Below are positions 1-13,479 of a stretch of 64,000 bases of DNA, one piece after another; the stretch's first letter is position 1, and the number at the start of each line of letters is the position of its first letter. The notes under the pieces are model-generated. The model had not been told where the DNA came from. It did not search any database and saw only the letters and a list, made by a program, of their open reading frames with translations. The stretch covers positions 120,032,001 through 120,096,000 of the forward strand of contig CM097886.1 in NCBI GenBank assembly GCA_044892525.1. Direction: 5' to 3'. The stretch comes from Schmidtea polychroa. Its lineage: Eukaryota. The translations under genes and the position numbers were made by a program.

Positions 1-154
1 TAACCAATACCATTGAACTCTTTGAAGGTTATTGAACCTCCATAGACCTTCGATAGTCTCAAATACTCACCATTCAAATACCTTTCGAATGAGCTATTAA
101 ATAATAAAAACCATTGGCGGGAACTCTGAGAATTTAAATTTAAAACGTTTTAGC

Positions 155-270
155 ATGAATGAGTCATATGACCTTGAATGATTCGTCGGATGAGTCACAT
201 GACCTTGAATGAGTCACCGGATAAGTCATGGTCTTTGTTTCAATGACCTTGATGAGTCATATGTCTTTGT
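155..270. repeat. Cluster of short degenerate direct repeats (ATGAGTCAyATGACCTTGA-like), possibly subterminal repeats of a DNA element
   Basis: About four copies of the unit between 155 and 270. CAAATCTGGTCACCT near 379-393 looks like a transposon terminus, but no partner end is in the window. Confidence 0.4.
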
Positions 271-899
271 TTAAAATTTGACCTTGAAAAAAATTTTTTA
301 ATGGTGGGGGTGGGGGGGTAAGGGGTATGTCTTTGTCCCAGAGGGCCGCTGGTTACGTTGTCCCGCTTTGCCCATATACAAATCTGGTCACCTTACTCAT
401 AGCCCACTGGGCATTAGGACAATAAGCTCTTAGTATTCTATTTACAAGATTCATTAACTTTTAATGTAGGTTTTATGTATTCATTGTTTTAGCTATTTCC
501 GCGGAAGTTGGACATACCAGGATGAAGTTCATGAATGAAATTTAAAATTGGATTCCCATTTACGGAGCGACGACTATCAAGTTTAATGAATATAGAAAAA
601 AAGGTTTTAGACTACCCGCCCCCATTTGTTTGTACGTATCAAATTAGAATTGCGATATGATCAACACAAGGAACATCAAAAGTCAAGCCAATATTATTAA
701 CAAAACAATACACCTGCATATATGGAATAAAAAGCATCTATAATACAGATTGATATGTACACCAATTATAGATGATTCGAAAATTTTGTGAAAATAAAAT
801 TAAATTTTAATATTAGCTATTTTAGAAATGGCTCTCAAAATTTGAAATTTTAAAAAAGTTTAAGGCTTGAATTTTGATTCTCTGATGATATGAAATCAT

Positions 900-1560
900 T
901 ATTCAAGCTCTTAAAATTTACATAAAATTCACCACTCATACTCTATTTTTCAATGATCGCTAAGCTCACTCTTAAGCTCACTCTTGAACTTCATCGATAT
1001 ACTTGCACCTATTGGCGGATTAGTTCCACTTCAGTTTCGCTTTCTTTATTCTTCGCGATACCTTATTTCCAAATGTCACTCCTTCAAATTACAATAAATT
1101 CCAAAATTACTGATTTTTCACTCTTTAGTTTTCTATAAATCATTCTACTATTTTTATTCTGTTTACTCTATATGAGCCTCTCCCTTTTCTTGGTTGTTAT
1201 TTGCTGGATTTTAGTGATAACCCAATGTTGTTTTCCTTTCATTTTTTCCCAAACCATCTCCGACATTTCCACTCATTTCTGCTATCTCTAGTAACTGTCG
1301 AGTTGTATAATTTTATTTCATTATTTATTTTTCGGACTTCCTCTGTGATCTATTTGTTATCTCGGCCAAGACATCGAGATAAGGCAATTCCATTTTTCAA
1401 TTTGTTGTTTTTTTGCTCTCTTTTCAATTTTTACTTGTTAATTAATAACGACCTTTTCGTGTTTCATTGTTTGATTAAATCGATTCTTTGTCATTTTCTT
1501 TCATTTTTCCATTTCTTCCCTCTGCTCATGCTTCTCAGATTTCTGGAGTAATACACCCTT
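900..1560 (-). mobile_element. Degenerate LTR-like remnant
   Basis: The reverse complement of ~1355-1390 (GCCTTATCTCGATGTCTTGGCCGAGATAA) resembles 18293-18325 (GGCATATCTCGATATCTTTCAGAGATAA) inside the 17880-18888 LTR. Termini not identifiable. Confidence 0.3.
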
Positions 1561-2759
1561 CATTTTATACCTTTCCCCCATTCATATTTTTAATAATCTA
1601 ACAATTTTTTAATTTTATTATATTGACATCCTCAACATATAGAATAACATTTTTTCGTGATAAAATGATGTTCCAGATCTGAATGGGCGCGTGGCGCCTT
1701 ACTGCTTATAGGTAAATACGAAAATGTTTACATTATTATTATTTATTTATTGCAAATTAATTACAATATGCTGCTATCTTGAAATAATTAATATTTATCA
1801 ATGAGAAATAAAATTGTCTTAAACAACAAATTACAAAATATTTGTTATTTGTTTCAATTAATCAAATAAGACCAAACACAAAATAATTATGAAATCTATA
1901 TTTTGGTGAAAATAAGATAATTAGGCAGCTGACCTCTGGCCTCTTAAGCCTAAACTCGTGTTCAGCTAATTTAATATTGAGAGAAATTGGTCTCATTATT
2001 TTCTCATTATTTATCGCTCGGATTTTCACAAAGCTAATAAATTATTTACTTATTTTTAATTTGTATTTTTTGAATATTTTTTTCTGGCAACTTCCTACTT
2101 GATTTTGTATTATTGTATTTGTATTTATCTCATTTTATGGCATTTGTACCCGATAAAACGTCAATTTTTACTTTTTCAAATTTTTAATAAATTTTTTAAT
2201 TTTGAATATTTAAACGTTTTGACATTTTATCGATTTGCGCATTTAAATTTCTTTTGCACCATTCAAGACGAACATTATTTTAAAAAATTTTTTTAAATTT
2301 TCATGTGCAAAAATCTAAATGTCACCTCAAGCGTCTTGTAGAAATTATGACTCCGAATTTATTATAAAATTATTTAGAATTGTAATTTTCAATAAAATTA
2401 ATTTTGTTTTAATAGGCCAGGAATAATTATTATTCTTATTTTATTTTTTGATATTTTATTTATGGTTTTGATTGAGAATAAATTATTTAAAATCTATAAA
2501 TAAATGGATTTTTCACTTGAATGTAATTTCTAGGTTTTTTCCATCCTACTTCATTAAAACAAAGTAATATTTTATGAACAAGTTAAGAAATATAGTAAAA
2601 TGATTTGATTGGATAATATCGAAAGCAAAATCTACGTACAGCAGCAGTTGTAGAATATCTAGCATCAATGTAATTTCATAAATTTCCCTCGTCCAACAGT
2701 TTATTTTGTGGAATTATGAGAGTCTTTAAATTCGTATTTCCCACCTAACTCTACTTTCA

Positions 2760-3215
2760 ATGGATTCAAACGACAGAAGAAAAACCTGGCATACGAACAA
2801 CAAATTCATTAATGTTGGTCTGGAATGCGAAAGAGCTGAGAATCAACTCCGCCCATCAAATGATCAGCAAACCGAAACCCATTGCCAATCGTCTCGCAAC
2901 GAGAATGTTTTCCCGGCTGATTCTGGCGCTAATCAAAAGCTTGACTCTAATGAAAATTATCTCGGAGCAAACTATCTAGTTGCGATGCCTGACTCGAAAA
3001 CTTATGAAGACATTCTCGCGTTTTCCCATCAGTCCAGTCGCCATTTGTGGAGTTTGAAAAGGCAAGATACTCTGAATTTGCGAGATAAGAGAACAACAAA
3101 AGTAGTGGTCGTTGTTGGAACAATGCTCCTCATTATGTCCCTAGTGCTAATTGCGGTTTCCTTATCTTTATCAGAACATATCGATCGAATGGGTACGTTT
3201 CTTTGGGATTTTTAA
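2760..3215 (+). CDS. Probable coding exon of an uncharacterised single-pass membrane protein
   Basis: 151-codon ORF with ATG start and natural composition. One hydrophobic helix (VVVVVGTMLLIMSLVLIAVSLSL) is preceded by basic residues. Candidate splice donor G|GTACGT at 3192/3193, so the true C-terminus probably lies in another exon. Confidence 0.6.
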   Translation: MDSNDRRKTWHTNNKFINVGLECERAENQLRPSNDQQTETHCQSSRNENVFPADSGANQKLDSNENYLGANYLVAMPDSKTYEDILAFSHQSSRHLWSLKRQDTLNLRDKRTTKVVVVVGTMLLIMSLVLIAVSLSLSEHIDRMGTFLWDF

Positions 3216-4983
3216 CCGTTAATAAATATTATCAAACTCCTAAATGCACATTTCTATTTGTCCACCTTTGTCCATTTATCGACCAACTATCATCTTATTT
3301 ATGTTTTCATTTCGTACGATTTCTAAATGATAAATAGGAACTCTCTCCTTGACTCTTTGTTCGAGCCTTCTTTCAGAGTTCCACTTTGGTTTTTAATAAT
3401 TATTATAGGACCCACCTTCTGCAAGGTATATTTAATTTCACTACTTCCATTTCTTCTCAAATTCTTAACCTTTTCGCGCCGAAGACTGTATATTCCCGTG
3501 AAAAGAAATCGTGACAAATGGTCGAAGACCATATTTAAGTGACGCTACCATTTTATATGTTAGATATGTTTATTTGTGTTTATAGGCAAGTTTAAACTTG
3601 TTTGTTATTTTATGTGTCATGTATAAATCTGACAGAACGTTTGCATAGAAGTTTATAGAAAACTGTCCGTCTTGTGAGCATATTTAATAGGAAAATAGCA
3701 CGATGCGAAAGGTTAAGCGTGCAATTACGTAAAGGAACTCGTACTGAGAACTCACTGGTCATTTTAGAAAAGAATTTTTTCAAAAGATTTCCACTAGATG
3801 AAGAAATGATATCTCTTAAAGCTCATTAAAATCTACAATTTAGAAAGGTTTATCATCAAAAGATAAAGACACTTAGTTTCATATAGAAAAGAAAAGGTCA
3901 CCCATAACCATTTGGTTGTCTGACTTTTTAAAATTTCATCTTCTTTCGGTGATCTACGTTCTATGTGAGTGATTAAATTTTACAGAATAGAAGAGCATAG
4001 AAAAAATAAATATGTAACTGCGTGAATCATTGATGTCTGATGTACATATAAAATACAATAGAGATTAGGTGTAACTAGGATCAGAAACAAGGATTATACA
4101 TTAAGAGACTGTAAATATAGAATTCTGTATCACAATACTCATAACATAATTTACTATAAGGCTTTAATGGTTTTTACCTACCCCATAAAAATCAGAAGAC
4201 CAACTCTTTATATATTCCATCATATTTTTATTTATCTCGATGAATAGACAACTTTGTGATAATTATTTTAATAATCGTGAAGACCTAAAAAGAGCTGTGA
4301 AAATTTCTTTGCTTCCAAAGAAAAGGTTTAACATTATAATGACATAAAAAGGTGTCGCATCATTTCGATTAACCCTCTCACCATGTATTTCACAATTTTC
4401 ACAATCTCGCAATTATATACGTTTCTTTCCTTTTCTATAGTACGATTTCACCTTTCCATTTAGTCGTCAAAAAAAAAGAAAATACTTATTACGAAATTTG
4501 AGAAAAGAAATTACGCGGTCAGGGGAAAGTAAATATTAAGGTTTTGCAGTACAAAAAGCAACAGTTTTTTTGTATATGATAATAAATATAAAATCCCCAA
4601 ATGACATACCATAGGAAAGAAATGATATGATAAATTTTATTTAGAAAATTAAAACAAAATAATATTCATTTTATTTTCTAAATTCTGGCGATACTCTTGA
4701 AAATTCCCAAAGTAAATAAAATAATATTGATATCCTCAGAGATATTACCGATTCTCTTTGACCCGATTCGAGATTTTTGTTTTGCCAACTGTCGATATAA
4801 TTAAAGTTACTAGTAAAACAAAAATAAAATTATCATTAAATTTTTTCAAACTGATTGAAACTTTTAAAAATGAAAACATATTTCTCATTCAATGAATTGA
4901 ATGCGGCAACATTTCAATGGTGTAGCCCCTCCCCATAATGGGGTTCAAGATATTTAATGAGTTTTATTAAACTAGACCACATA

Positions 4984-5943
4984 CCGTATCTCCCCGAAAA
5001 TATGACACTGACTTATTTCAAATTTAGAACAAAGAATCAAATTAGGTCTTATTTTAAGGTCCATATTTTCTAAATAAATATAATTTCATTCCAAGTTGTC
5101 ACTTATCATTATTTCATATCCGGCTCGCCATTTGCGAACCAGTCGAAGATCTAGCTTCTTGTCCGTGCAGAAAAAAGTAAGATTCTTTCCATGTGATTCC
5201 TCCACGATTGCTTTCTTATATTCGATTGAATAGCTCTTTCGATTTGCGCTCATTATATGGGCAATTAAAATTGCAGTAAGATTTATAAATCTAATACATA
5301 ATGAATCAAGCTTTAAACAAAATTGAATACTTTTATTTATCTCGTATTTATCTGGAAAATATATTTAACCCTTTGAGGGCGCCGTGCGACTACAGTCGCA
5401 CAACTTTATTTTGGTCTTGAGGGCGAAATTCGACTCTAGTCCACTAAATGCCAATATATTCTACAGCTTGTAATAGTTATCAAAATAGCCATATTTTTAA
5501 TTATCCGTCTTCAATACTCTTCATATAATCGGCAGTAAGGTGGAGTGTTGAAAATCAATTTAGGAAAACTTCATTTTTTATGGCAAAATTGCACCTTTGG
5601 GGGAATAAAACATTTTGAGCCCGTCGCCCTCAAAGGGTTAAGTCATATTTTACTATAAAAATCAAGTTTTTTTTAAATATTTAATTTTATTCCAAAAAAA
5701 TAATAATTTTTTTAAATGATAATTATGACATGTTTTTTGGAATTGTATTTAGATGTCAATTCTTTCAAGCTACGAATTATTTTAAAAATTTTTAAATAAT
5801 AGAAGTGTTAATCCATATGAGCAAGTATTTTTTGGTATTGTTTTTGAATGCCATATTGTACTTATTTCTGCATTTTAATTTATATTAGAGATGTTTATGG
5901 TAGGTCTTATTTCGGGGTAGGTCCTATTATGGGGGATATACGG
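4984..5943. mobile_element. Non-autonomous Tc2/pogo-like (Tc1/mariner superfamily) element
   Basis: TA|CCGTATCTCCCCGAAAATATGACAC at the left end and GGTCCTATTATGGGGGATATACGG|TA at the right end: imperfect CCGTA-type TIRs flanked by TA. Confidence 0.6.
5369..5637. mobile_element. piggyBac-type MITE nested in the Tc2-like element
   Basis: TTAA|CCCTTTGAGGGCG ... CGCCCTCAAAGGG|TTAA: perfect 13-bp TIR with TTAA target duplication. Confidence 0.85.
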
Positions 5944-6818
5944 TATATAATATCAAATCATGATTATATGTATGAATTTTGTATGATTACTGATGGGAGA
6001 ACTCGTCACAAGGGTGAGAATAATGTTACCCAAATGGATATTTTTTTTATTTTATTTTTTGCAAAGAAATAACAAAATAAACATAATATATGCATTTTAT
6101 TGTATTTTTATTTCGTTACCCTTACTTCTTAAAGTGAAACATTTTTACGAAATGTTATATTGAAAATATTTCTTTGCCTACAAATTATATAACAGGCATG
6201 ACACCAAAATTTGGGGATAACTTTTTATTACAGTCAAAAAGAAATCGTTGTCCATCAAAAATATGTTTCCTTATAAAAATAGGAGTAACTTTCAGGATTT
6301 TTACTTGACTGTATCTTTATGTGTTTTGATGTACTGTGAAGCCTTCATTTTCTTTCTAAACTTCAACTCAAGTTCTTTAACAAGAATCATTTCATATATA
6401 CACCTTGCATATTTGCATCTCTTGCCGAAGGAGTACACCTCTATTATTGGTTAACCATTGTTTTTTTGCTTTTTAATAATCTCATACATTGTAGATCTGA
6501 GAATTCATCATTGAGAAAAGATAAAGTGTTAAATTTTCCTTTGCCGAGTAATTTTTCTATTATCTTTATATATGAAAAGAAATGTTGAAATTACGTTTCA
6601 AAACTCTTATAAATGAAAACTTGAATATGAATTTTATGAATTTTATTTTGTCCACATTTTGGTGTCACACCCGTTATTATATGCTGATACATTTGAAAAA
6701 TACATCACTAAATTTCTGTTATATTTCAATGTCAAATTAATAAACAACATATTCAATATATTTATTACGTGTACATTCATTTGCCAATCAGAACTTTTTA
6801 TGCTTCACAACAGGAATA

Positions 6819-7034
6819 CCGTATTTTAGCGCATATAACGCGCACGTTATACGCATTTTTACAAACCGTGCACCCCCCATGCGCGGTATCTGTGGGTGCG
6901 CGCTTTATGATTTATATTTTACACGTGGCGGCATTGCCAGTGGAAATATTTTTATGATGTGACAGTAACCCTACCATCGGTTTTATTGTTTATTGTAATC
7001 AGATACCGTGCGCGTTATATGCGCTAAAATACGG
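6819..7034. mobile_element. Tc2/pogo-like MITE (216 bp)
   Basis: TA|CCGTATTTTAGCGCATATAACGCGCACG ... CGTGCGCGTTATATGCGCTAAAATACGG|TA: perfect 28-bp TIR with TA TSD. Confidence 0.85.
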
Positions 7035-7961
7035 TAATTTGTATTAGAGAAACTTTCCAATTAAATGATTGTAATTATATCTTAATCACCAATATTATGA
7101 AAATATTTTGGGCATTTTACATGCTGGAGTCAAAATCAAACTTTCCCTTAAGTTTGTCCAAAAGTTCAATTACTAAAAAAATTAAATCATTTTTTCATGT
7201 TACTTTAATGATAAAAGTGGGGGGGATGTATCTAAGAAGTCATATTTCCAACATTATTTTTCCACAACAAACTTTTTTTTGTAAAAGCTCATATTTTACC
7301 ATGAACCGAAAATATATCAGTTTCATTTGTTCCTTGTAATTGTAAATAGTTGATTTAACTTTTTTAAGTTTGAGATCCGAAATTTCAAAATTTTACAAAA
7401 TAAGTAGTAAATAAAAAAACCCTTTTTATTACCTAGGACTATCAATCATTTTAGCCTTCCTGGTCTAGTGGATCACCTTTTTATTTTAATTGATATTGAC
7501 TCTTGTAAAATAGTTTAATACAGTGGTGAGCTATTGGAGTCTTGTTGGGGCTCACTCCATTTTCGCCAGTATGCTAGTACACACATATCGTTATAGAAGT
7601 GACGTTATAGGGATGACACATTACTAGGGTACTAGTTCATGTGATTCTCGAGAGAAAAAAAGAGCAAGACCCTTGTTAAAAATTTCATAGCTTACCTCTG
7701 GTTTAATATGATAAGTTAAGATAATAAAAGCTGTTTAACGGATTTATTCGATTTACATTAGATTTTTTAAATTATTTTTATAATAATATATTCAGTCAAT
7801 GGAATGTTATTTTATTTTATTCAAAATAAATAAAAAAAATCATGCAATTAAGGGTTAATAAAATTAACAAAGTATTTCTCAAAACAGATTGTTGCAACAT
7901 TCTGTTAATATAAGTTTTCCAATATAACAAAATGATAAATATAATCCGTAAAAATTGATTA

Positions 7962-8134
7962 CAATATTTTCGCGCATAAACCGCGCTGGTGAATATAACG
8001 AACTCTCTCAATAAAAGAGAATTGATTTAAGGTAAGTTAAATTCAGTAGAAAGTTATGAAATACATATGGCATATAGGTGGTAGACGGGAAAATATATGA
8101 GTATAGCCCGTGCGCTATATGCGCGAAAATACGG
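7962..8134. mobile_element. Degenerate copy of the same MITE family
   Basis: Right end CGTGCGCTATATGCGCGAAAATACGG; decayed left end CAATATTTTCGCGCATAAACCGCGC. Confidence 0.45.
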
Positions 8135-8139
8135 CATAT

Positions 8140-8977
8140 TGTTGGGTTAATATTTAATAATTCGGATAGTTTCTGACTCCTCGTATCCCTTTCCAATCAA
8201 ATAACAGAAGCCCAACACAGAACAACTTTATTCGAACTGTATCACAATTGCAAAATAGTCACTCGGTTTGCACCTTTCTTTCTTAGATACTTGTTATCGA
8301 AAGGTAGGTTACCATAGGGTTATTCACCTTTCTGGTACGATAAGTTATAATTTGGCTCTAGATTTTTTTGAGTTAGTTTCTTTAGGAATCTCTTGATTTG
8401 TAATTTCTCGCTAACTTTCTTTCTTCGACCAACTGGCAACTCGTCTAAGCTTTCCCTTTTTTTAGTTTTATAAACGACATTAATTTCTCAGGAGATTACC
8501 AACATTTATACCACCGTTATTTTAATCCTTGTGGAAATCACTGGCATTCTTCTTACGCGTTGGTTATTCGTTATTTCAATCTTATTGGATGGATTATTTG
8601 TTATCTCGCTAATTTTTTTTCCTTCCACTCGATCAATTTGTTTCACTTGCCAATTAGTCGGGTCTTAGTTCGATCCGGGTTTTCCTCATTGCTCGAGTTC
8701 TCCATTGTCTCAGGTTTTCCATTAGCAATTAATTAATTTTAAATTAGTTTGTTATTTTATTATAACTTTCCATAGGGGCCTCCACTAAATTTTTATTATT
8801 GTTTCTGAATTGTTCTCATGATTTCGCGTTCAAGCATACCCATTTCCCCTGTTTGATAATGCATTTTACCTTTTATTAATTTTTCTAATTAATTTTTGCA
8901 CTTCAGTTATTCCGGTGTTTTTATTGATTTTTATTCTACTTTCCTTTTATTTCGTGCCTTTTTACATTACTCCAACA
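8140..8977 (-). mobile_element. Solo LTR (Gypsy-like), 838 bp
   Basis: TGTTGG...CCAACA inverted termini, 4-bp ATAT on both flanks, and the CTGACTCC motif shared with the other LTRs in the window. Confidence 0.75.
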
Positions 8978-9420
8978 ATATTATAATCTATTGTAATATT
9001 TTAATATTGTAATTTTCAAAAAATATTTTATTTTTTACATTTTATTACTATTTTAAAATGAATTTTTTCCTCCCAAAAAATAATATCAGATTTTTTTCTT
9101 TTTTTTCTGAATCAATGGAAATTGAAATAATGATGAAACGATATTTATTTCTCCCTGAGAAAGAATATTAGATTTTCTTTCAATAAATGGAATAATAAAT
9201 TATTCATCATTTTTACCCGGTAAATATTTTTTCAAGCATTTATAATTTCTGCTTTAGGAAATTTTATTTACTTTCCTGGTATTATATTTTAAAAGGGGGC
9301 AGAAATGAGGGGTAATAGGAAATGTTTGCGGTATTATTCGATTATTTTTGAATTTGAACCAAAGTGAGAGACATAAATCGTTACTTGTTCTAAGAATAAG
9401 TAAGTAGTATTAATTAAGGT

Positions 9421-10524
9421 AGGGGGGGGGGGTGTTGGATCACTGTAGAATCGATAATAAATTGAGATTAAGTTATAGAATAATTTATATATTTGTTGAG
9501 GTCTGTAAATTAAATTTAAATGAAATTCATGTTGAAAATTTAAATAAAAGTAAATGAAGAAAAAGACAAATAAAAGCGTGATCATGAACAGAATTGATAG
9601 TAAAGGAAAGTGTGATGGAAGCAGTATTAGAAAATGCCAAAAGCAATTGCAAAAGGCAAGAATCCGGAAATCCGAGAAAAATCAAATTGTAAAATCATCG
9701 AAATCGAATTGGTAAAACGGGACAGGTATAGATTAGCTAATGGTCAACAAGATGATAATTATGGATTTATCAGAAAATGGTTAGGAAGGGTCGAAAAGCA
9801 TTCAAATGTGTAAAAACAGAAAACTTTAATTAAATAATTAATTGGCTAATAGAAAACCCGAGCCAATGGAGAACCCAAGAGATGAAGGAAACCCGAGCTG
9901 GGTAAACAAGAAGAAAAGTAAACAGAAGGAAGATTTGGGCCCATTAGCTTGACACAATGATTAATTGGAAAAGAGCAAGGAGAAGATAGTGCGTGTAGAA
10001 AGGCCGTGTAGAAACAAATTATCTTTGTTCGTTGGACCATTGTGGTGACAGCCGAAGCAATTATGTGGAAGCGAATGTCAAGTGAGAGATTGACTCGGCA
10101 ATAACCATTTGTCATCCTGATTTCGAAGAGTATATAAGGAAGGGGAAAATCAGAGCAAATCGGCATTTTGCATCAGCTAGGGTAAAAAGAAATCGAGCTT
10201 AGGAAAAGGCAAAAACGAATTTAGGAGATTAAGGAAAAAAAGAGATAGAATAAGAATAAAAAGAGTGAAAAAGGATCAAATCAAAGAAACAAAAGGAAAA
10301 ATTTGATCAAGAGAACCTAAGCGAATAAAAGGTGAATATTATCTTTATCAAAGCATCAACACCGAGCGGAGAATCGGTCAAACGTAACTTTGATTATTGA
10401 TTGTAAAGTGTTGAGAGAAGATTGTGAATTTTGTTAGTTCAATATACGTTGGGTCGTTATTGTTTTGATTTAGAGGACACGAGGAGTCAGAGGGAACCGA
10501 CTTAAATTAACCAAAAACCCAACA
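9421..10524 (+). mobile_element. Polypurine tract plus 3' LTR (9433-10524) of a truncated LTR element
   Basis: An A(G)11 PPT directly precedes TGTTGGATC. The LTR ends in CCCAACA, with GGAGTCAG 34 nt before the end. Its 1092 bp nearly equal the 1093-bp LTR at 33177. Confidence 0.75.
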
Positions 10525-10696
10525 TATTAAATACTTCTACACAATATATGAAGTTAGAAATGTTCAAGGCCCTTTAAATGGCAATATAGTTTTTTTAATA
10601 ATGAAGAAGTAAGATTTAGGGAAAATTTATTTATCTAAATTCAAATTTTAGCACGGTGCATCAAAAACAGACCACAAAATAAGCCATGCATGTCGA

Positions 10697-10697
<1 letters not shown>

Positions 10698-10726
<29 letters not shown>
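10698..10726. repeat. (TA)n microsatellite
   Basis: Direct reading. Confidence 0.95.
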
Positions 10727-10731
<5 letters not shown>

Positions 10732-11134
10732 AAGAACATTCCGTAAAATGTATAATAGATAAATTTAAAAATAGAAGATGAGTTGAAAGAATTACTAAAA
10801 ATGATAATAAAACAACTGAGAGATAAAAAACATGTCAAAAACAGATCCATTTTTGAAGAAGCACATTAGTAATCAAGGTGATCTTGGAGTGATTCTCTAA
10901 GATAAATCCTTCACCGACGATGAACTGATTGCAAAATCAAATGTATCCGAATGCTAATAGCGTTTATCCTTCACTTTTGGAGGTAGTTTAGAAGGAGGTT
11001 GTTTTAATTTTAAGTAATAAAATTTTTTTTAAATTATTCAGAAGAAATAGTTCTCTTCCTTTAACGTGTATTTATAGTGAAAATAATGTTTTATATTAGT
11101 TAACCCAACTGATAGCTGTGCTTTGGAAACGTAA

Positions 11135-11360
11135 ATAATTTATAATGTAAAATAAATGTAAAATAAATAATATAAAATAAATAATGTAAAATAAATGTAA
11201 AATAAATGCAAAATAAATAATATAAAATAAATAGTGTAAAATAAATAAAGTAAAATAAACAATATAAAATAAATAATGTAAAATAAAAGTAAAATTAATA
11301 ATGTAAAATAAATGTAAAATAAATGCAAAATAAATAATATAAAATAAATAATGTAAAATA
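11135..11360. repeat. AT-rich degenerate minisatellite (AAAATAAATAATGT / AAAATAAATGT units)
   Basis: Tandem 11-14 bp units. They explain the F/Y/I/L-rich spurious ORFs on the minus strand. Confidence 0.85.
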
Positions 11361-12494
11361 AGCTTTCGATACAAATTTCCCAAATAAAAATTAAGTGTAA
11401 ATACGAAAAAGAGAATTATTTTATATATGTAATGTAAAAAGTATATAAAGATAAAGTTTCGCATTAAAATTTAAAATGGAAAGGAAATAATAAAGATTAA
11501 TTTTAAAATGAAAATGAAAAATTCTTTCAAAGACTTGAATATTTAAATGATGTTCAAATTGTTTAATATGTCGAGGAAGGGGGAGGGAGGAAGGGGAGGG
11601 GAGTTTGTATGATACAAGAATGATTTTTGGAGATAATTAAAATTTAAAAATATATTTTAGAGTTTTCACATAAAAAGTAATATCAAAATTTAATATATCT
11701 TCATTTGTTTTAATTACTGTACAGTAAATTCTTGATAAGTGTCACAAAGAGTGAAACAATTTTTCTAAAACAATAACGACTATTTTTAAACATTAAGAAT
11801 GACAGCTAGCGAAATTTGAATTCATTATTCTAAGGGCTTTATCTATCCAGCCCAAAATCACTGAGTGGCACTTATCGAGAATTTACTCTAATTACAAATT
11901 CTAATTAAATCATTTCAATTAAAATTAGATATTATTTTTTTGTCCGGGAGTTTCTTTACCAGGGCTTCGAAGACTGAAATATTTATTTTCTCCACAGTTA
12001 ATTAAATTTTGGTTTTGCCGCCCAGAAAAATTTATATATTCTGTCTAGATGGTTCAATCATTTTGATAATAGTCATTCAAGATGAACTAACTAATTGTCA
12101 ACCAAGATAATTCAAGAGTCTCTTCGTCAAAATTGACAATTATGATAAAAGAGAGAGAGAGGGAGAGGGGTAGCAATGTTTAATATGGAATAACAAAAGT
12201 GAATAAAGAATATTGAAGAAATAATATTAAATAAGTCATAAACATACAGATTGGAAATTTCATGATAAATAATAAAAATTCAAAAAATTCTCAATTTCAG
12301 TAGTGACCAGCCCGAACCACCCTATGGCTTTAACACAAATATAAATGTTTATTGTGGGTGGCATAGTTAATTTGGAAAAATAAACCCTATCAATATAAAC
12401 TAAGGGTCATGAAAACTATTAAAGACAAATAACTCTGTTGGAATTGCGTAACTTATCAAGAAATAATGCACGAAAATTGTGTACGAAAACATTT

Positions 12495-12870
12495 NNNNNN
12501 NNNNNNNNNNNNNNNNNNNNNNNNNNNNNNNNNNNNNNNNNNNNNNNNNNNNNNNNNNNNNNNNNNNNNNNNNNNNNNNNNNNNNNNNNNNNNNNNNNNN
12601 NNNNNNNNNNNNNNNNNNNNNNNNNNNNNNNNNNNNNNNNNNNNNNNNNNNNNNNNNNNNNNNNNNNNNNNNNNNNNNNNNNNNNNNNNNNNNNNNNNNN
12701 NNNNNNNNNNNNNNNNNNNNNNNNNNNNNNNNNNNNNNNNNNNNNNNNNNNNNNNNNNNNNNNNNNNNNNNNNNNNNNNNNNNNNNNNNNNNNNNNNNNN
12801 NNNNNNNNNNNNNNNNNNNNNNNNNNNNNNNNNNNNNNNNNNNNNNNNNNNNNNNNNNNNNNNNNNNNNN
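12495..12870. other. Assembly gap (other gaps: 14083-14267, 19472-19833, 24226-24376)
   Basis: Runs of N. Confidence 1.
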
Positions 12871-13479
12871 ACGTCATTCTTATTAATATCCAATCATAAG
12901 CTGTCTAGCTTTAAAAATAACTTTCAATAAGAATTTCTTGGTTTTCTTTCGTTTATTCCTCCATCCATTAACTGAGATATTTTCCTAAAATTCTCTTTAT
13001 CATGTTGTTATTCTCGATTTATTTCGATTTTGCCGTTGACTAATTTCTAATGGCTACCCTTGGCAAGTTCGCCCTTTTGCAAAGATCCTTTGCCAAGCCA
13101 GCTGCTAGAATATTTGGCATTGAAATATCTATTATATTTCTTTGTTTTAAATTTTCAAACATTTTCAAAATTTCATATAAAACTGCTTAAAATCAACCAT
13201 GGCAAATAAATACACCTCAACTTTATGTCAACACTTTGAAGATGGGAGATGTGATTTCCTGTCTTTTATTTTTCAACTGTTCGTGATGGATGACTGAAAT
13301 CCACACCATTTTGAATTTCATGCAATATCGTATAATAATTTATAACTATAAGTAAATAAAACATGAAGACATGAAAAAATATGAAAAATCATCTAATTTA
13401 GAATAGAAATTTTGCAGACGCGCTTTCAGGCGTAGAAAATGGAAAGGTTGAAATGGCATAAATGACATAAGTGATGATT

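Noticed and set aside
11096-11464. 122-aa and 62-aa F/Y/I/L-rich ORFs
   Set aside because: Translations of an AT-rich minisatellite.
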